NCBI GenBank assembly: GCA_021613535.1
Contig: CP075496.1
Location: forward strand, 13,454,001 to 13,518,000
Source of the DNA: Adineta vaga
Taxonomy: Eukaryota > Animalia > Rotifera
Reading direction: 5' to 3'
DNA: 64,000 bases
The translations under genes were made by a program, and so were the position numbers. Under the pieces are notes generated by a model, which worked only from the letters and a program-made list of their open reading frames with translations, was not told where the DNA came from and made no database searches. This document shows positions 27,947-42,900 of the stretch, one piece after another; positions within the stretch are counted from its first letter, which is position 1; every line of letters starts with the position of its first letter.

Positions 27947-30141
27947 CGATTAGATTTTCATATTTCAAAATGATTTCTTATGAGCAACAACTATTGATCT
28001 TCTTCAAGACAATAATCAATCAAAGATCATAATACATATATATATATATGTATGAAAGTAAAGAATAACTGATTGAATAAAAATGAATGATAGAAGAAAA
28101 AAAAACTAAGATTCGAAATCGCGAACAGAGTTTTTTTTTAATTTAAAATATTTCTAATGCGCCATTGATCGATGATTTCATAGTATTCTATTGTCAAATA
28201 AAAAGAAACAAGAAAAAAAAGCAGATGCCATCGATCGAAAGAATAAAATAATCTTTGAAGTGGACGCACCTCCGGTCGGTAAGAATTGAAGAGGTGGAGT
28301 CAGGAAGTGTGCGTGTCTTGCAGAAGATTGTTCGTCGTCTTTTTCTTTACCTATGCCATGTAATGCCATACAATGCTATTCATTATTCGTCAACAACATG
28401 GACGATCACGTTCGGCGGATGTCGCATTGATGTGTTTGATCTTATGTTCTGTTGCTGCCACTCATTCTTTTAGAAGTTCTAGTTTAACTTTCACCTGGGT
28501 ATTTGTTAACATATACAAACATTGATTTGTTGATAATAATGATCGATTGATTAACACCGACAGCAATACCATCAATGTGTGACATATCGAAGAAAAAGAA
28601 AATCAAAACAGTCAGTCAATCAATCGATCAATCAATCGAGTGTTTGTTTCCCGTTAGGTGAATAACGTATGTCTCATTTATTTTCACAGAGATTTAATTG
28701 GTAAATAGAGATATCATTGCTGCTATGAATATGTGAATGTATGTTTGTTTGAGATTCTCACCTTCCTATATGTTCTGACATAGTCTATGGTATTGTGTAT
28801 GTTTTATCAAACGAGATTGATAGATTGAGAATCAAGGAAAATAAATCGTACGAGAGAGAGAGATATAATTGTTTACTTCCATCTTTTTCTTCTTATCGAC
28901 AACCGTGTCTTCTCTTCTCTCTTTTGCATTTGCTTGTTTATCCACATTTTTGTGTTTGTAATTTTTGATCTCTATCGGATGAGAATTTTTCAAAATAATG
29001 CTTATCTAAATGTCAATTTGCTATGATAAAATTTAAGAAAAAAAGAAACACGAAATTAGATAAATAATTATGAACTGGATTTCTCTGTACGATGGAGAAA
29101 AGAATCGACATGAAACATTGTTTAGTTATACTCTGTTCAAGTTACGATCAATATTCAAGGACATATTTACTCGTGAATACACTTCTTCTTCTTCACTTAC
29201 TCATGTGTGAGTAATTTTTCTTTCAACAAGACTTACATTATAAACAGTGAGTTCGAAAGTTAAGAAAAGAATCGTTTGTTATAAGGTTACTACTTATCTT
29301 TTACAACATTTGTCCAATCATTTTCTTTTTATTTTAACAAGACCTTGTACGCAAAATATAAAATATTCTTTCTAGTCTTGAGCTATCAATGACATTTTCT
29401 TAAAAGAAATATGCAACCGGATATTGTATATTCTCAGGATGTCTTGAGGTGTCGGATAAAAAGTGTTCTTCTCTATTAGCAGAATATTTTTGTTGTTGTT
29501 TTACTATACTCATATATGTAAGAGAGAGAGAGAGAGAGGGGAAAAAAGAAGTAAAGGAAGCAAGAAAAACGATGAGCGAATGTAAAAGAACCTAAGATTA
29601 ATGCCAGTCTATTTCTTTTTTCTGTATGACATTCAACCAATGAATGATGTGAAGAGAATTAATGCTTTTTTTCTCGTTCTTTTTTTCTTACTTTAAACAG
29701 CCAATCATTAACAAGCATTGCTACCGTATTGAGCAAATATTTGCCATCTTTCTCTCTTCTTTCTCTCTCAAGCAACACACACACACACACATACACACGC
29801 ACACATATTCACAACAGAGAAGTTGTTGACGCAACTACCTTATCATACCAATCACTAGTAGGATATCAATTGACTGAAAAGGTGAGATTTTTTTATTCGA
29901 CATATTTTGTCTGGTTATAAGAGGATGGCAACAGCTGAAAATCGAGAATAAATAGAGAGGACGATACCATCTGTAGCCTTTTTCTTCGAGTATATGAGCA
30001 TCCTTATCATTACTCTATCCTTGCTGAGAATAAGACACGACTAAGAAAGAAAGAAAAGAAGAAGAATAAAAAACTTGTTCTAACTTCTTGGTTTGATAAT
30101 CTACAAAAATATACATCTTTTGTTAATACTTTCTTCTTAGA

Positions 30142-32686
30142 ATGCATGAACCACCATCAACACCATTGAATACAGTCGGACTTACTATTTGCACAGGTTG
30201 TTCTCTCCCGATCGAAGAACAATTTTTATTATGTGTGATGGGCACATATTGGCATGAACGTTGTCTTGTCTGTGTTGAATGTCAAGAACCATTGGCAGCC
30301 ACATGTTATCATAAAGAAGGAAAGATCTATTGTAAACGAGATTATTTTGAGTAAGTATCATGCAAATCAACGCATCCATTTTTATATCCATCGCTTCCGG
30401 GATATGCGCACTTTTTTTCTTCTTCTTTGCTGTTTTTCCTCATCACTGACTGCACAATCAAAACATTTCCAAGATCACTAAGATAATTTTTTAATTAGAA
30501 TTTTTCCTTGGAAAATTTTGTTTTTTATTTCGAACGGATGCAGATGTAACTGTTTGGGGCAGTGAAAAAAAGACGAGGAATGAATATTAAAAAACTGAGA
30601 GAAAAACGATGTGTTGATGTCCGTTCTAAAAACGGAAATCATTGTGAACGGAAGTTAATGCGCATCCTGAGATATGTGTTTTTAGGGCATCGATGAAGAT
30701 ACATTGAGCGTAAGAGTACTTCTACTTTACTGTTTATGAGAATTGACAGAGCACGTGCATGTACACCTTTTGACTCTCCCTCTCTCTCTCTCCCTCATTC
30801 ACTCGCTCTTTTTCGTTTTTTTCAAGTGCTCGTCATCGTCAATTGTTGTATGTTGCTTATTTACATGCACAGACAGACCTTTACTACTATATATTCCCTT
30901 TCCCTCTCTTTACTCCTTTTTTTCCAGTTCAATAGATGACGGAGAAACTGAGTGAGATACTTATGTGTGCCACAATCGATCGTTCATGCTCTTGCTCGTT
31001 TATTTTCATTCAAATATTATCTAGACAATGCAAAACCTTTACTACTATATATTCCCTTTCCCTCTCTTTACTCCTTTTTTTCCAGTTCAATAGATGACGG
31101 AGAAACTGAGTGAGATACTTATGTGTGCCACAATCGATCGTTCATGCTCTTGCTCGTTTTTTCAAGTGTTCATATGGCAGGCAATGCGACAAAAAGAATG
31201 AGAATGAGTTGAGCAGACATTGATTATGATCAGTTTCCATTGTCATTATATATATATATACATACACACATACAATAGGTAGGAAAAAACTTGGAGTTTT
31301 TTTTACAAAAGAGAGGACGATTGACAGTTGAGAGTAGAGCACAGGTGTTTATCTCTTCTACTAGGGAACTCTATTGTTTAAGTCAAGTGTCGATTGATTT
31401 TAGTTCTTATTTATATATGTGTATATATTTAAAAAAGTATTTCAAATTAATAATTGTCTGATTTTTGTTTATGTAGAATCTTCGGTATGCGTTGTTCAAG
31501 ATGTAAAGCAACTCTTCGACCGGATGAAATAATTATGAAAACATCGGGTCAAGTGTTTCATTTACAATGCTTTAGATGTTCATTCTGTGATGATCATTTA
31601 CATAAAGGTGATCCATATATGTTTCGTGATGGTTTACTTTTTTGTCATGCCGACTTGCAACATCATCATTCACACATGCAACAACAACAACAACAAATCA
31701 TTGCATCACATCATTCACAACCTCCTCTTCGATGTAATCGAAGTAAGTTTTGTTTTCAAATCGTTACCGATAAGAAAAACAAAAAATGTCATCGATTGTC
31801 ATTAGGTGATGAAGAAGATAGTTATGAGGATGATTGCTGTTCATCAGATGCAATCACAATGGGCAATGGAATTCATCAATCAGGACATAATCATTTAAGG
31901 AATACACGTGGACCAAAACGACCACGGACGATTTTAACATCAGTACAACGACGGAAATTTAAACAAGCATTCGATGTCAGTTCAAAACCATGCCGAAAAG
32001 TAAAAAAAGAAAAAGAAAGAAGTGTTTTGTATTGATTAATCAATGAATCTATCTTGATTTAGGTACGAGAAAGTCTTGCAAGTGAAACGTCATTATCAGT
32101 TCGAGTTGTTCAAGTATGGTTTCAAAATGAACGAGCAAAAGTAAAATTTTAATGAAGGACATCGTTTTTTTATTAAACATTTTATTCATCTAGATGAAAA
32201 AATTACAACGTCGCCAATTACAAAATAACACCAATGAAATGAATGAAAAAAAGTCGAAGAAAAAAATGACAAATGACGGATTATTGAATCATTATATATT
32301 CGATGATGAAGAAGAAAATATCGGTAAGATGATTTAGATATTTCGAAAAAATTTTATACTTTAATTTCCTTTTTTCAGAGGATAGTCGATGTTCATCTGA
32401 AGAATCTATTTCACACAGTATGTCAAATGGTTTTGGCTCCTCAAATGATGAAAATAATAAACATGAATCAGGTAAATCAATCGATGATAGTTTCGTATTT
32501 TATTGTATTTTTTTTCCTATAATTATAGCCGATAGTCGACATCTTCATTTAATCAATGAAAACTGTTATTCATCACATGAAAATCCAGATGATGATGTAA
32601 ATGGAGAATCAAGAAATTGCAGTCAAAATCCAATTGATAAACTCTATTCAATGGCACAGAATGCTTATTATTGTTCAGCGTGTTAA
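30142..32686 (+). CDS. LMX1: LIM-homeobox transcription factor Lmx1
   Basis: Two LIM domains; homeodomain PKRPRTILT..QRRKFK.AF..S.KPCRKVRE.LA.ET.LSVRVVQVWFQN.RAKMKK; Lmx-specific tail NPIDKLYSM. Confidence 0.95.
30877..31159 (+). repeat. ~125-bp direct duplication in Lmx1 intron 1
   Basis: 30877-31001 and 31035-31159 read identical (acctttactactat...gctcttgctcgttt), separated by 33 nt. Confidence 0.95.
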
Positions 32687-34791
32687 TATTCTTTTTCTTT
32701 TGTCTATTCAATGGCCTTGCTTCGCTTTTCTTTTCCCCTTCTTCGTCAGCTCAATATATCTTCTTCTTCTTCTTCTTTTTTTCGTGACACAATTTTACTT
32801 TTAATCGAGTATAAAAGAGAGAATGTTGTGGTTATCTTTAGAAAATAATATAAATATATATTTGTGCTTTGTCAAAATAGAATAACGAATTAAACTTTCC
32901 CAGTAATCGACCTGGAGAGAAAAGGATAAAAAGGTTTCGTTCTTTTTCGATATTTCTAATTGATTTTAGTCAGAAAGATACCATATGATTTTCGAAGAAA
33001 ATCAAGCCATTGAAATACATGATGTGTTTTAATAAGCGACATTTGAAGATTCTTGTGAAAGGATATTTCGATAAGAAATAGGCATCATTTATAAAGAACA
33101 GTTTTTGAATGAGAATTTTTATTTTTGATTAAGAAGAAATTATTATGGACATTATGAAAGATTGCAAATAATAAAAAGATATTATTTCAGAAATGAGTTG
33201 ATTTGATTTCTGTTTTCATTTAGCAGTACTCTATTCGATAAAGTCAATATCCAATTTAATCAACTTCACACATTTTTTTTAATCTTATTTAAAATCACAA
33301 ATAGAGGTATGAAGGGATGTATATGGGCTTGGAAGAAGAATAAATCTTTATATCTTTAGGATAGACTTATATACATGTGACTAGAGATTAACCGAGAAAT
33401 CTTTGAATAATGTTTTAAATACGACGGAATATATAAGAGGTCAACCGATTGTTAATTTGGCTACTGAATTCATACGTATTTTGGACTAATCTGACGTCCA
33501 ATCTTTACGTAGTCACATACCACATTCGTGATATTAGCGCAGAAGAGATAATACCGAGGATTGCAGCAAGTTTGTGCTCCTATTTGCCATATGAAATATA
33601 GAATTCATTTTTTCGTTCTTACCAAAATGCTATTTCACGCATATCATTTCTATTTTCATCCAGAATGAGAACATATACGACTCACACATTTATGTATCTA
33701 TGCCAAGATACTAATTAGCCATCTGTTTCTGAGAAAAACGGAAGATTTATTTGAAAAGCTAAGAGTTTTATAAGACAGAATTAAATATATTGTTACGAGT
33801 TTGCATCATATAAACGCTTTAAATTGAAAAGTTCACTTTATCTTTTGAGTTACTCTAAGTTTTTCGTTTGACTCATGATTTTCCAATGGTTGTTTGACTT
33901 TATTTGTATACTTATATATCTTTATCTCTTATTTGCTTATATGCATTCTTATAGAAGAACAAAGAATATTGAATATTATTTAGCGTATTTGAAATGAAGT
34001 CCAACTAGTAATGCCTTGATTTAATATCAACTTGACAAAAAGCAAATTTATTCTACTTTAATGAACTTGAAGACTCCCATTAATCATGCATTTAAACGAC
34101 GAAACATGTTTTTTCCTTTCAAAAGATTCTAATTCATTTCATCTACATTAAAAATGATAATGATATATTTAAATAAAATACTATCTACTGCTTTAAAGTA
34201 TATTGTTTTTTACACAAATCTACATCATACAATGCTGAAATTAATATTCATATGTGGTAGGTCATAAATAAAGTACATATTGTTTTCAGTAATATTAGAG
34301 AAACATCTATTTTAAGAAAAAATGCATTAGACGTGAGTTTTCTTTTTTATCTACCAAAGTAAGATGTCCTTCTCATATGATTTCCTTTTGCACCGTTGTT
34401 TCTTAAAATAAGAAGAGATACTTTGTCGGAAAGATCTCCGTTTCATTTCAAAAGCGTTAATGAATTGAAAGGAGAAAGAAGATATATATGTACCCGAATT
34501 ATTCTTTACAAAATCGGAGTAGAACTTACTGATGATATCATCTGAAAACTTTCTCAGAATGGATATATGAAGATGACAAGTCTTTTCTTAGAAGTTTTTC
34601 GTCGATTATTTTCAATCGTGAAGTATAAACAATAAATTTTGATTATTATTTGTGGTTCTTGAGGTGTATATATTTGAAGAAAGAAATGATTTTTGTTTTG
34701 TTTTACATAAGCACAATATCAATAGATAGAAAACTTTTAAAGCTTAAAGATTGACTTATATAAAACGGACAAAGGGATATCATTCATGTTT

Positions 34792-35884
34792 TTATACCAT
34801 ATCTCCTAACTTATGCAATGATTGTCGATGTTTTTGTCGATGTATAATATCTGCATATGTTGTTGGATAAAACGTTTTCGTTCGTCGGACGAATAAACGT
34901 AAAACTGATCGTCGAAATGTATATGATATTGAAAAATAAATTGGAAAATTTATAGCGGAATTCAATGTCACAAAAAAGTCGGTAATTTCTCGAATTGCTC
35001 GTCTTTGATAGGATTCATCAATATAACCCATATTTAAGATTAATGATAAAAGTGCATCGGGAAAATAACAACAAATAAAACAACCAATAATTATAATTAA
35101 ACTTATTGTTAAACGATGAAATGCTGTACCAGCTGATGATTTCATTCGACAGAGTAAATAAACGATTTGTGTATTTATATACAAAAGTAATAATGATGGA
35201 ATAATAGCACGAATAATATCAATAACAATTGTATAAACACGAAAGAAACGTGATCGACCAAATTTTGATAAATGTATTGGTGATTCAGAATTGATTAAAG
35301 TTTGATTGTTTTGGGATATGGGAATTATTTCATAACGAATGAAAACTGGTAAAGAAAGTAGAAGATTACAGAATATAATTGAATAACATATAAAACGAGA
35401 TCTTCTCTGTACAGCAAAACGTTTTTGACCATCAAGATTACATAGAACATATCTAAATGAAATTTTTATGTAAAAAACCTTTACACGAATAACAAAACAA
35501 ACTATCAAACCTTTCAATAGCAACAATTAATGTTAACCATGCTGTTGATAATGTCGATACTGTATTTAAATAATGACAATATCGATAAAGAATAAGAAAA
35601 ATCTTCTTTCCAATTTGTTGATCAACTGTTTGAATAATTAAAACAATAGAATAAAGTAAATCATTTGAAAGTTTAATTGTATCTGTTATTGTTAAGAATA
35701 GAAGATATTTTGTTGTGAGAAATCGTTTCATACTATTGGTTATAAATACAATAAGACATAGAATATTTCCAATTAGACCAGGGATACAAACAATTGGTAT
35801 AAGATAAAATCCAAAGAGAATTTGAACATTTTCAAATAATTCTCTATGATCAATTGTTTTCGATTGATTACGTTCAATAGTCAT
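34792..35884 (-). CDS. Class A GPCR, FMRFamide-receptor-like
   Basis: Two exons (35884-35511, 35452-34792). TM1 GLIGN, TM2 LTITD, TM3 AIERY after splicing, TM6 FICCYFP, TM7 NSAINFPIY. Confidence 0.9.
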
Positions 35885-38152
35885 TGTATATATTCTAAAA
35901 TAGTAAAGATATGACAACTGATAGGAATAGAAAAGATCTAGCTTTTATTTACAATGATGGCAGAAACGAGAGAAGACATTGACAGAAAGAGAAATGCAAA
36001 TCATATTTCGAAATACAATTTTTCTTTCTTTATGTAGAAATGATTTAAGTTGAAGAAGTATTCTATCTGATATTTTTCATTTTCTTCCGTCTTTTTCCTT
36101 TACAATCCTTTAATCTTCAAAATTAATTTCCATCTGACAAAAAATCTAACATAGAATTATTATGAACTATGTTATCGAGTATGACAAGGAAGTATGTCAC
36201 ATAGAGTTAGACAGGCGACCCGGTATAAATCAGAAGAAAATAAATTAATATAATAGAAAAAGTAAACCTTTCTAATATACTTATACCCACATAACAAAAA
36301 AAAATAAAGGATAGAACTTCTTTTCGAACATCGAATGAACATAATGATATCACTAAACATGAGTTTTTCTCTGTTTTACTTCATTTGTTCTTCAAGGAAG
36401 AAAATAAAATCTAAGTAGTCATATAATTGCTTCTTTTTCATGTATCTTACATCTAATCGGAAAGAAGCATTCGTATGTTGAGAGAATGGTTTATTACCAG
36501 TAATTCATATGAATTATCTATATTGAAATAAGAAGGAAATCTTTATTAAGACAAATACTGTAGAAATTATAGAGTATGCTTTGGAAGAGGAGATAATAGA
36601 GTCGAAAACTGTTGTTCACTATGTACCCAAATATAAATAGATCACTGAAAAAAAATTACAGAAGAACGATCAATGAAAGAAACTCACACTTCAGACAACA
36701 CATAGTATAGCTTGTCAATGATTTCAAATTCTAAGTTATTATTTGAAATAATTCGTAATTAGTACGATGAATGAATCGTAAATCCGAATAGTTCATAAAC
36801 TAATAAGAATAATCACGAAATTCTGTCACATTTTAGATACATAATTGATAAAATGTTTTCAACAACAAAGATAAAGTAAAGGCAAACACCATTTGTCAAT
36901 GTTAATTTTTCTACTATTTCTACTCTGTGAAAGTGAGAGTTCAATGTAGAAAACGGCATTTCTTACGTTTTTTCTTGACAAAAAGCATCAATAATTTACA
37001 ATCGTGATTCTCGATTGAAATATTTGAACTTGTTGCTTGGGATATGAATTAGCATGTTTAGTAACGCCGAATTTGTGTGATTAATTGAGACAAACAAGTA
37101 TTTATTCAGAATTTGAACGACGTAATTTCAAAAAGAGAGATGAGATATACAAATTATTATCTACTATCTCGTTACTACTTTCATATCCGAGTACATAGCC
37201 TCTCAAAGAGATTATTTTTAGATTTCTTTCTAAGTATTATTTGTTTTTCAAGATCTGCTAAAACGTTCAATATGAAATATCGAATGAATGCTATGATAAG
37301 ATTATTGATCGATCATAAAACAGATGATTCAAATTCTTTGCTTTTGAAAAGATAAATTATCGTTATCTGTGACAACTGTCTCTACTTACAGTAAATAAAA
37401 CAAGAAACATAAAAGTGTCTGATAAGTAAAGAAAATTTTCCGTACTATTTTAATTATTTCTCATTTTAGCTGTTAATCTTAATACGTTCATATACATCAT
37501 GCACAAATAATATCAGATAATGTTATAATTACTAACAGATTACTTTAATACTAAGATCAAAATAGCTACTATGCAAGCACATTAATAACAATTCTTTAAA
37601 GAAATCAATGTCAACGATTATCAAATCGAAACAAACGAAATTGTTTCGTTGTTTAATCAGAAAACAGATTCGTCATTATATCAATAATGTTTTCGTTGCT
37701 TTTTATACGTTTCTTGTAAACTTTTTCAACTTTTTCTTTCTCTTATTCCTTTGTATCATTTTCGAAGCTTTCCATTTAGTTAATATACATACGAGAAGGA
37801 AAAAAAAGAAGAAAGAAATCTCATAACGAAATATTTACCTTTTGCTTAGTTATTTATTTTCGTCTTACTTCCTTCGCTGCCAGAACTTCTCAACGAAGAA
37901 AAGAAAAAAATTTGTATTTTTCCTTTCTTTCATATGAAGAATATGTGGGTGAATGGACATATTTTCGACTCTCTCTTTATTTTCTCGTTCTTATGCATAT
38001 TACTAACAAAAAAAAATTATGTTTTTTTTTCTTCTCTTCATCTATTCTCAGTAATCACCGTTATTAACTCTTATCGTTAGTTTCAATCTTACAAAATATC
38101 AAATTCATAAAAGAAAATCTTTCATCGTATCTACAGGATATTTGCGGACAGA

Positions 38153-39762
38153 ATGATGTTTAATCGATTTCTTGCACCTTGTTGTAAAGATTATGTGTGT
38201 GATTGTTGTCTTACTCCTGAAGAAGTTATGAATAAAGATATAAATGATTATTTAAAACGAATACGTCGACAAAACCTTCATGAAAGAAAATTACTTCTTT
38301 TAGGTAAGATTTTTTCTTATGTTTGTCAATTATTATTTGAATAAGATTTGTTTTTAAGGAAATGCGGAAGCAGGAAAGTAAGTTTAGAGAAATTTGATTG
38401 AATGATGATGATGATGTATATGTTGAATTAGATCAACATTTCTTAAACAAATGAAATTAATTCATGGTCAAGGTTTTAGAATTGATGAAAAACGTCGATT
38501 AATTCCATTTATCTATCAACAAATACTCAGCGTTGTTCGATGTATCTGTCGACAAATGAGTATACTTTGTATTCGATTTCAAGATCATGAAAATGAAGTA
38601 TAAAGAAAATGAAGGAGAGATTTCTTATCAAAAATATCCAAATGATCTTTCGTAGGAATATGCACATGTATTAAATTCATCGAATAGTGATGATGAAAGT
38701 ATCTTATCGTTATCACCACGTATTGTTGAAGCGATTAAACACGTTTGGTCGGATGAAGGTGTAAAAGCTTGTTATCGTCGACGACGAGAATATCGATTAA
38801 CCGATTCGGCAAAATAGTTTGTTTTATGAAGGAATAATTCAAATCGATGTTTTCCTCATTGTTGTTTAGTTTTTTGGATGATATTGAAAGAATCTCTGCG
38901 CATAATTTTACACCAACTGATGACGATATTTTACGCGTTCGTATTCCAACGACAGGAATTGTTCAAGAAGATTTTCAATTTTCTCATGTACAACTTCGGT
39001 AAGAAAGATTTTCTGCGTATTACTGATAATGACTCGTCTTCATAGAATTGTTGATGTTGGTGGTCAAAGAACTGAACGTCGAAAATGGATTCATTGTTTT
39101 GATGTAAACATTTGTCATTGAATTTTGACGAAAAGGTTTTCTTGATTTCTTATTGATTTAGAATGTAACATCGATCATTTTTCTTGCATCTTTAATTGAA
39201 TATGATCAAAATGTTGATGATCTAATTGAACAGGTTAGTTGAGAGAATTCTTCATTGATGAATTCTTTGTTGTTTTTTTTTCTTATTTTAGAATTTAATG
39301 GAGGAAAGTTTAGCATTATTTCATGTGATTCTTTCTTCGGATTACTTTTCCAATGCATCAGTCATATTATTTCTCAATAAAACTGATCTATTTCCTGAAC
39401 GTTTACTTGGTAAACCTCTTCGACATGCCTATCCTGATTTTGATGGTAAAATTCAATTTCAAAGTGATGTTTTTTCCCAAAAAATGAAGCGTACTTTTAG
39501 GAGCTGATGATGATGTCGAAGCAGCGAAACATTATATCAAAAATAAATATTTAAGTTTAGTACCACCAAGAGAAGGATATGCAGAGAAAAATATCTATCC
39601 TCATTTTACATGTTCTGTCGGTAAATATTTCTTCTACAAAGCTTTCTCTTCATCTCAATTTCCTCTTTTCTCAATTTAGACAGTAAAAATATTCGTATCG
39701 TTTTCGAATCAGTTAAAGATTCTGTTTTGGCACATAATCTTTACTATTGGACACCATATTAA
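38153..39762 (+). CDS. Heterotrimeric G-protein alpha subunit, divergent Gq-like
   Basis: [24 protein letters not shown] (via 19-nt exon 38359-38377), [46 protein letters not shown] and HFTCSVD. N-terminal Cys cluster. Confidence 0.95.
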
Positions 39763-39920
39763 ATTCTATTTATATCTATATTTCTATATTAAAAAAAAAT
39801 AAATGTCAGATCAAAAAACAAAACAAATATGATCATATAGAATTTTTCTCTTTTTTATGTTGTGCTATCATTCATTTCAATAACTCGCAGAGAGAAAACA
39901 CAAACTATACATTAAAAAGA

Positions 39921-42900
39921 TTAATGCTCATCGATAGTTTCATCATCCCAATTCACCAAACTATGTTGAGCACTCAAACCACCTTGTTCACCAAGTAACC
40001 AATATGTTCGTTGTTTTCCTTTACCCTATAGATGAAAACAAATTCAATCAAAATCAAATCTTCTTCATCAACAAACCTTCATTTCAATATCACCACGAAG
40101 TTTTAATTCAAATGTACCGAATTTTTGTAGAATAGCTGCTGTACTCGATGAAACATGAATACGTAATGCTTTACCATTCGATTCCATTCGTGATGCTGTA
40201 TTCACCTGCAACGAAGAAAATAATCAATGGTATTCTGAGTTTTTTTTTCTTCGTATATAAACTTACAGTATCACCAAATAAACAAAATCGTGGCATTCTA
40301 AGACCAACAACACCTGCAACACATGGCCCAGAATGAATACCAATACGTAATAATAACTGTTTATCAGGTCGATGTCGAATACGAAAATTAAGAACAGCAT
40401 TGAGAAGTGCTAAGGAAAGTCGAGCAACTTCTCCAGCATGTAAATCTCCATTACGTGTTGGTAGACCAGATACGACCATCTATTTAAAAATGAAAATAAA
40501 ATACTCCAAAAAGAAATACATAGGAAGATTTTACATAAGCATCTCCAATTGTTTCGACTTTATAAACATCATAATTTTCAGTAACAGCATCAAAAACTGA
40601 ATAGAGATCATTGAGAAGATCAACAACTTGTAATGGTGTACTTTCGGATGATAATGAAGTAAAACCAACAATATCAGAAAAATAAATAGTAACACATTCA
40701 AAAGATTCAGCTGTTACCGGTTGACCGGTCATCAATTGAGCAGCGACGGTTCTATTATATAACAAAAGAAGAAAGAATAGGATAATTTCAATGATTATTT
40801 CGAAGTATGTCATTGATCGTTTATCTGTTAACAGATCTATTTCGAAGGATAAGTCATTCATATATAACGATAGATGAAGGTTGTCTTCAATCATTCAGAT
40901 AAGAATGATTAAATATCTTTTCGGAAAGTAACGAAAGATTTAGAAATAGTTACCGAGGTAATAATTGATAGAGTAACTCTTCTGCTTTCTTTTTTTCTGC
41001 TAGATAATCACTTGTACGTTCTTCTACTAATCCCTAAAAAAGTGCAAAAGAATTTCAATGAAATAGAAGTACAAATGAAAATTAAACTGACTTCAAGATT
41101 GTTTGCATACTGTTCCATACGTTTAAGTAAATTATCGAGAATATTTCCACTATCCGAATCTCTGAAATACAAACAAACGGAAAAAATCAATAAAAAAAAC
41201 TTTTCATATGTTTTTCTTTACTTATTTATTCGACGCATTACTTGTCGAATATCTGAAAATTCTGGTCTTTCATTTGGATCTTCATGCCAACAACGTTTCA
41301 TCAATTGTCCAATTTCTGTATTACAATCTCCAACTTCCAGTGTTGGTCGAAGTAAACTACCCGATTTCACACTTTCAACAATCGCTATTTCAAAAGAAGA
41401 AAAGAAAGCAAATTAAATTGTCATTAAATCTTCATATTCAATACCAGCTGGTTCTAATTCTCGATCTCTTAAATACCATGGTCCATTTCGTAATTCAATT
41501 TCTTGTAAAATAATTCCAAAACTATATACATCACCTTTCACTGTTCCTGCTAATGGTGGATTTGCATCTCTTAATAATTCGGGTGCTGTCCATAATCGAT
41601 CTAAAATATTTATCAAAACAAATTTTTCGTTTTTCCTCTTTTGAAGAAAAAAAACATTCGAATTCTAATTACTTTTATAATATGTATAATCTTTTGCAGT
41701 ACCACGTGGCGAATCTTTATTTGTATTTGATCGTAATGTTGGCAGACCAAAATCAGTTATTTTACAAACAAATCGACTATCAACAACACAATTTGAACTT
41801 TTCAAATTTCCATGTGAACCAATTTGACTATTATGTATATGTTGCATACCCTAAGAGAACAATATTCGAAATATTATCGAACGAAAAAATCTCAATACTT
41901 TAACAATATCATGCATGATGGAATGTTTAAACATTGAATCAAGTTTAATTTCTTCATTTTCAAGAATATCCTATATTGAACAAAGAAAAAAGAAAACTAT
42001 GATAAAGGTAAAAAAAAAACAAACCTGTAAACTTCCTTTAGGACAATATTCTGTAACAATATATTGATGTTTTGGATCGATACAAACACCAATAAAACGA
42101 GCGATATGATCATGTTGAAGATCTTGCATCTAAATTTGATATATATATATATGAAAAATAAAACAAGAATATCTTTTCTACTCAACTGCTTTAACTTCTA
42201 ATTGTAATGCACGTGTTGTTTCAAGTTTTGCTTTATAAAATCGTTTTAAAGCCACGACTGATGACTAAAAAGATACTTAAACTATTCTTTTCGATATAAA
42301 ACCTCGACAATTCTTACTTTATAAATCGCTGTTTTCGTAAATGTTTGTTTTGATGGTCCATTTAGATCACTATCATTCGAACGGTGACTTGCAATTGAAC
42401 TACGCTATAAAATAGGAAAAAAAACGAAACCAACGAACAAGATTTGTCAAATATTATTCAATTCAGTTTGTAAACAAAAGATACATGCAGAAAAAAAGTC
42501 ATATATACAGATATGTATGTTGAATACAACAATATTGAAATGATTGCAGAGAGAATAATAAGAATATTTTCATTCGAATCATTTCAAGAATAAGAAATGA
42601 GAAGACATAAGCATGAAGAAAAACTCGTGCAGATTGAGTGTTTGAAAAAAAGAAGTTTTCGAACGAGTCATGTTCATATTCAATGCTCACATACTCACTG
42701 ACTTCTGTACAGATAAATCCTGAGAATTTTGGATAAAAATAACATTTTCTATAGGATTTATTGATGATTCATACCTTTTGTGAAGTAGATAATTTATTAA
42801 ATGAAGGTGTTGCAACACTATTATGTAGTAATGTTCGAGTTATTAGTTCTTCCCATTTAATTATCCATTGCATTGCTTTTAATTCAGCTTCAAATTTTGC

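Noticed and set aside
28178-28590. GC-richer stretch with short ORFs, possible gene or TE remnant
   Set aside because: Stops in the frames examined and no motif I can identify.
41012-41903. Plus-strand ORFs inside the guanylyl cyclase (also 50038-50415 and 54507-54803 in other genes)
   Set aside because: Antisense shadows of real exons.
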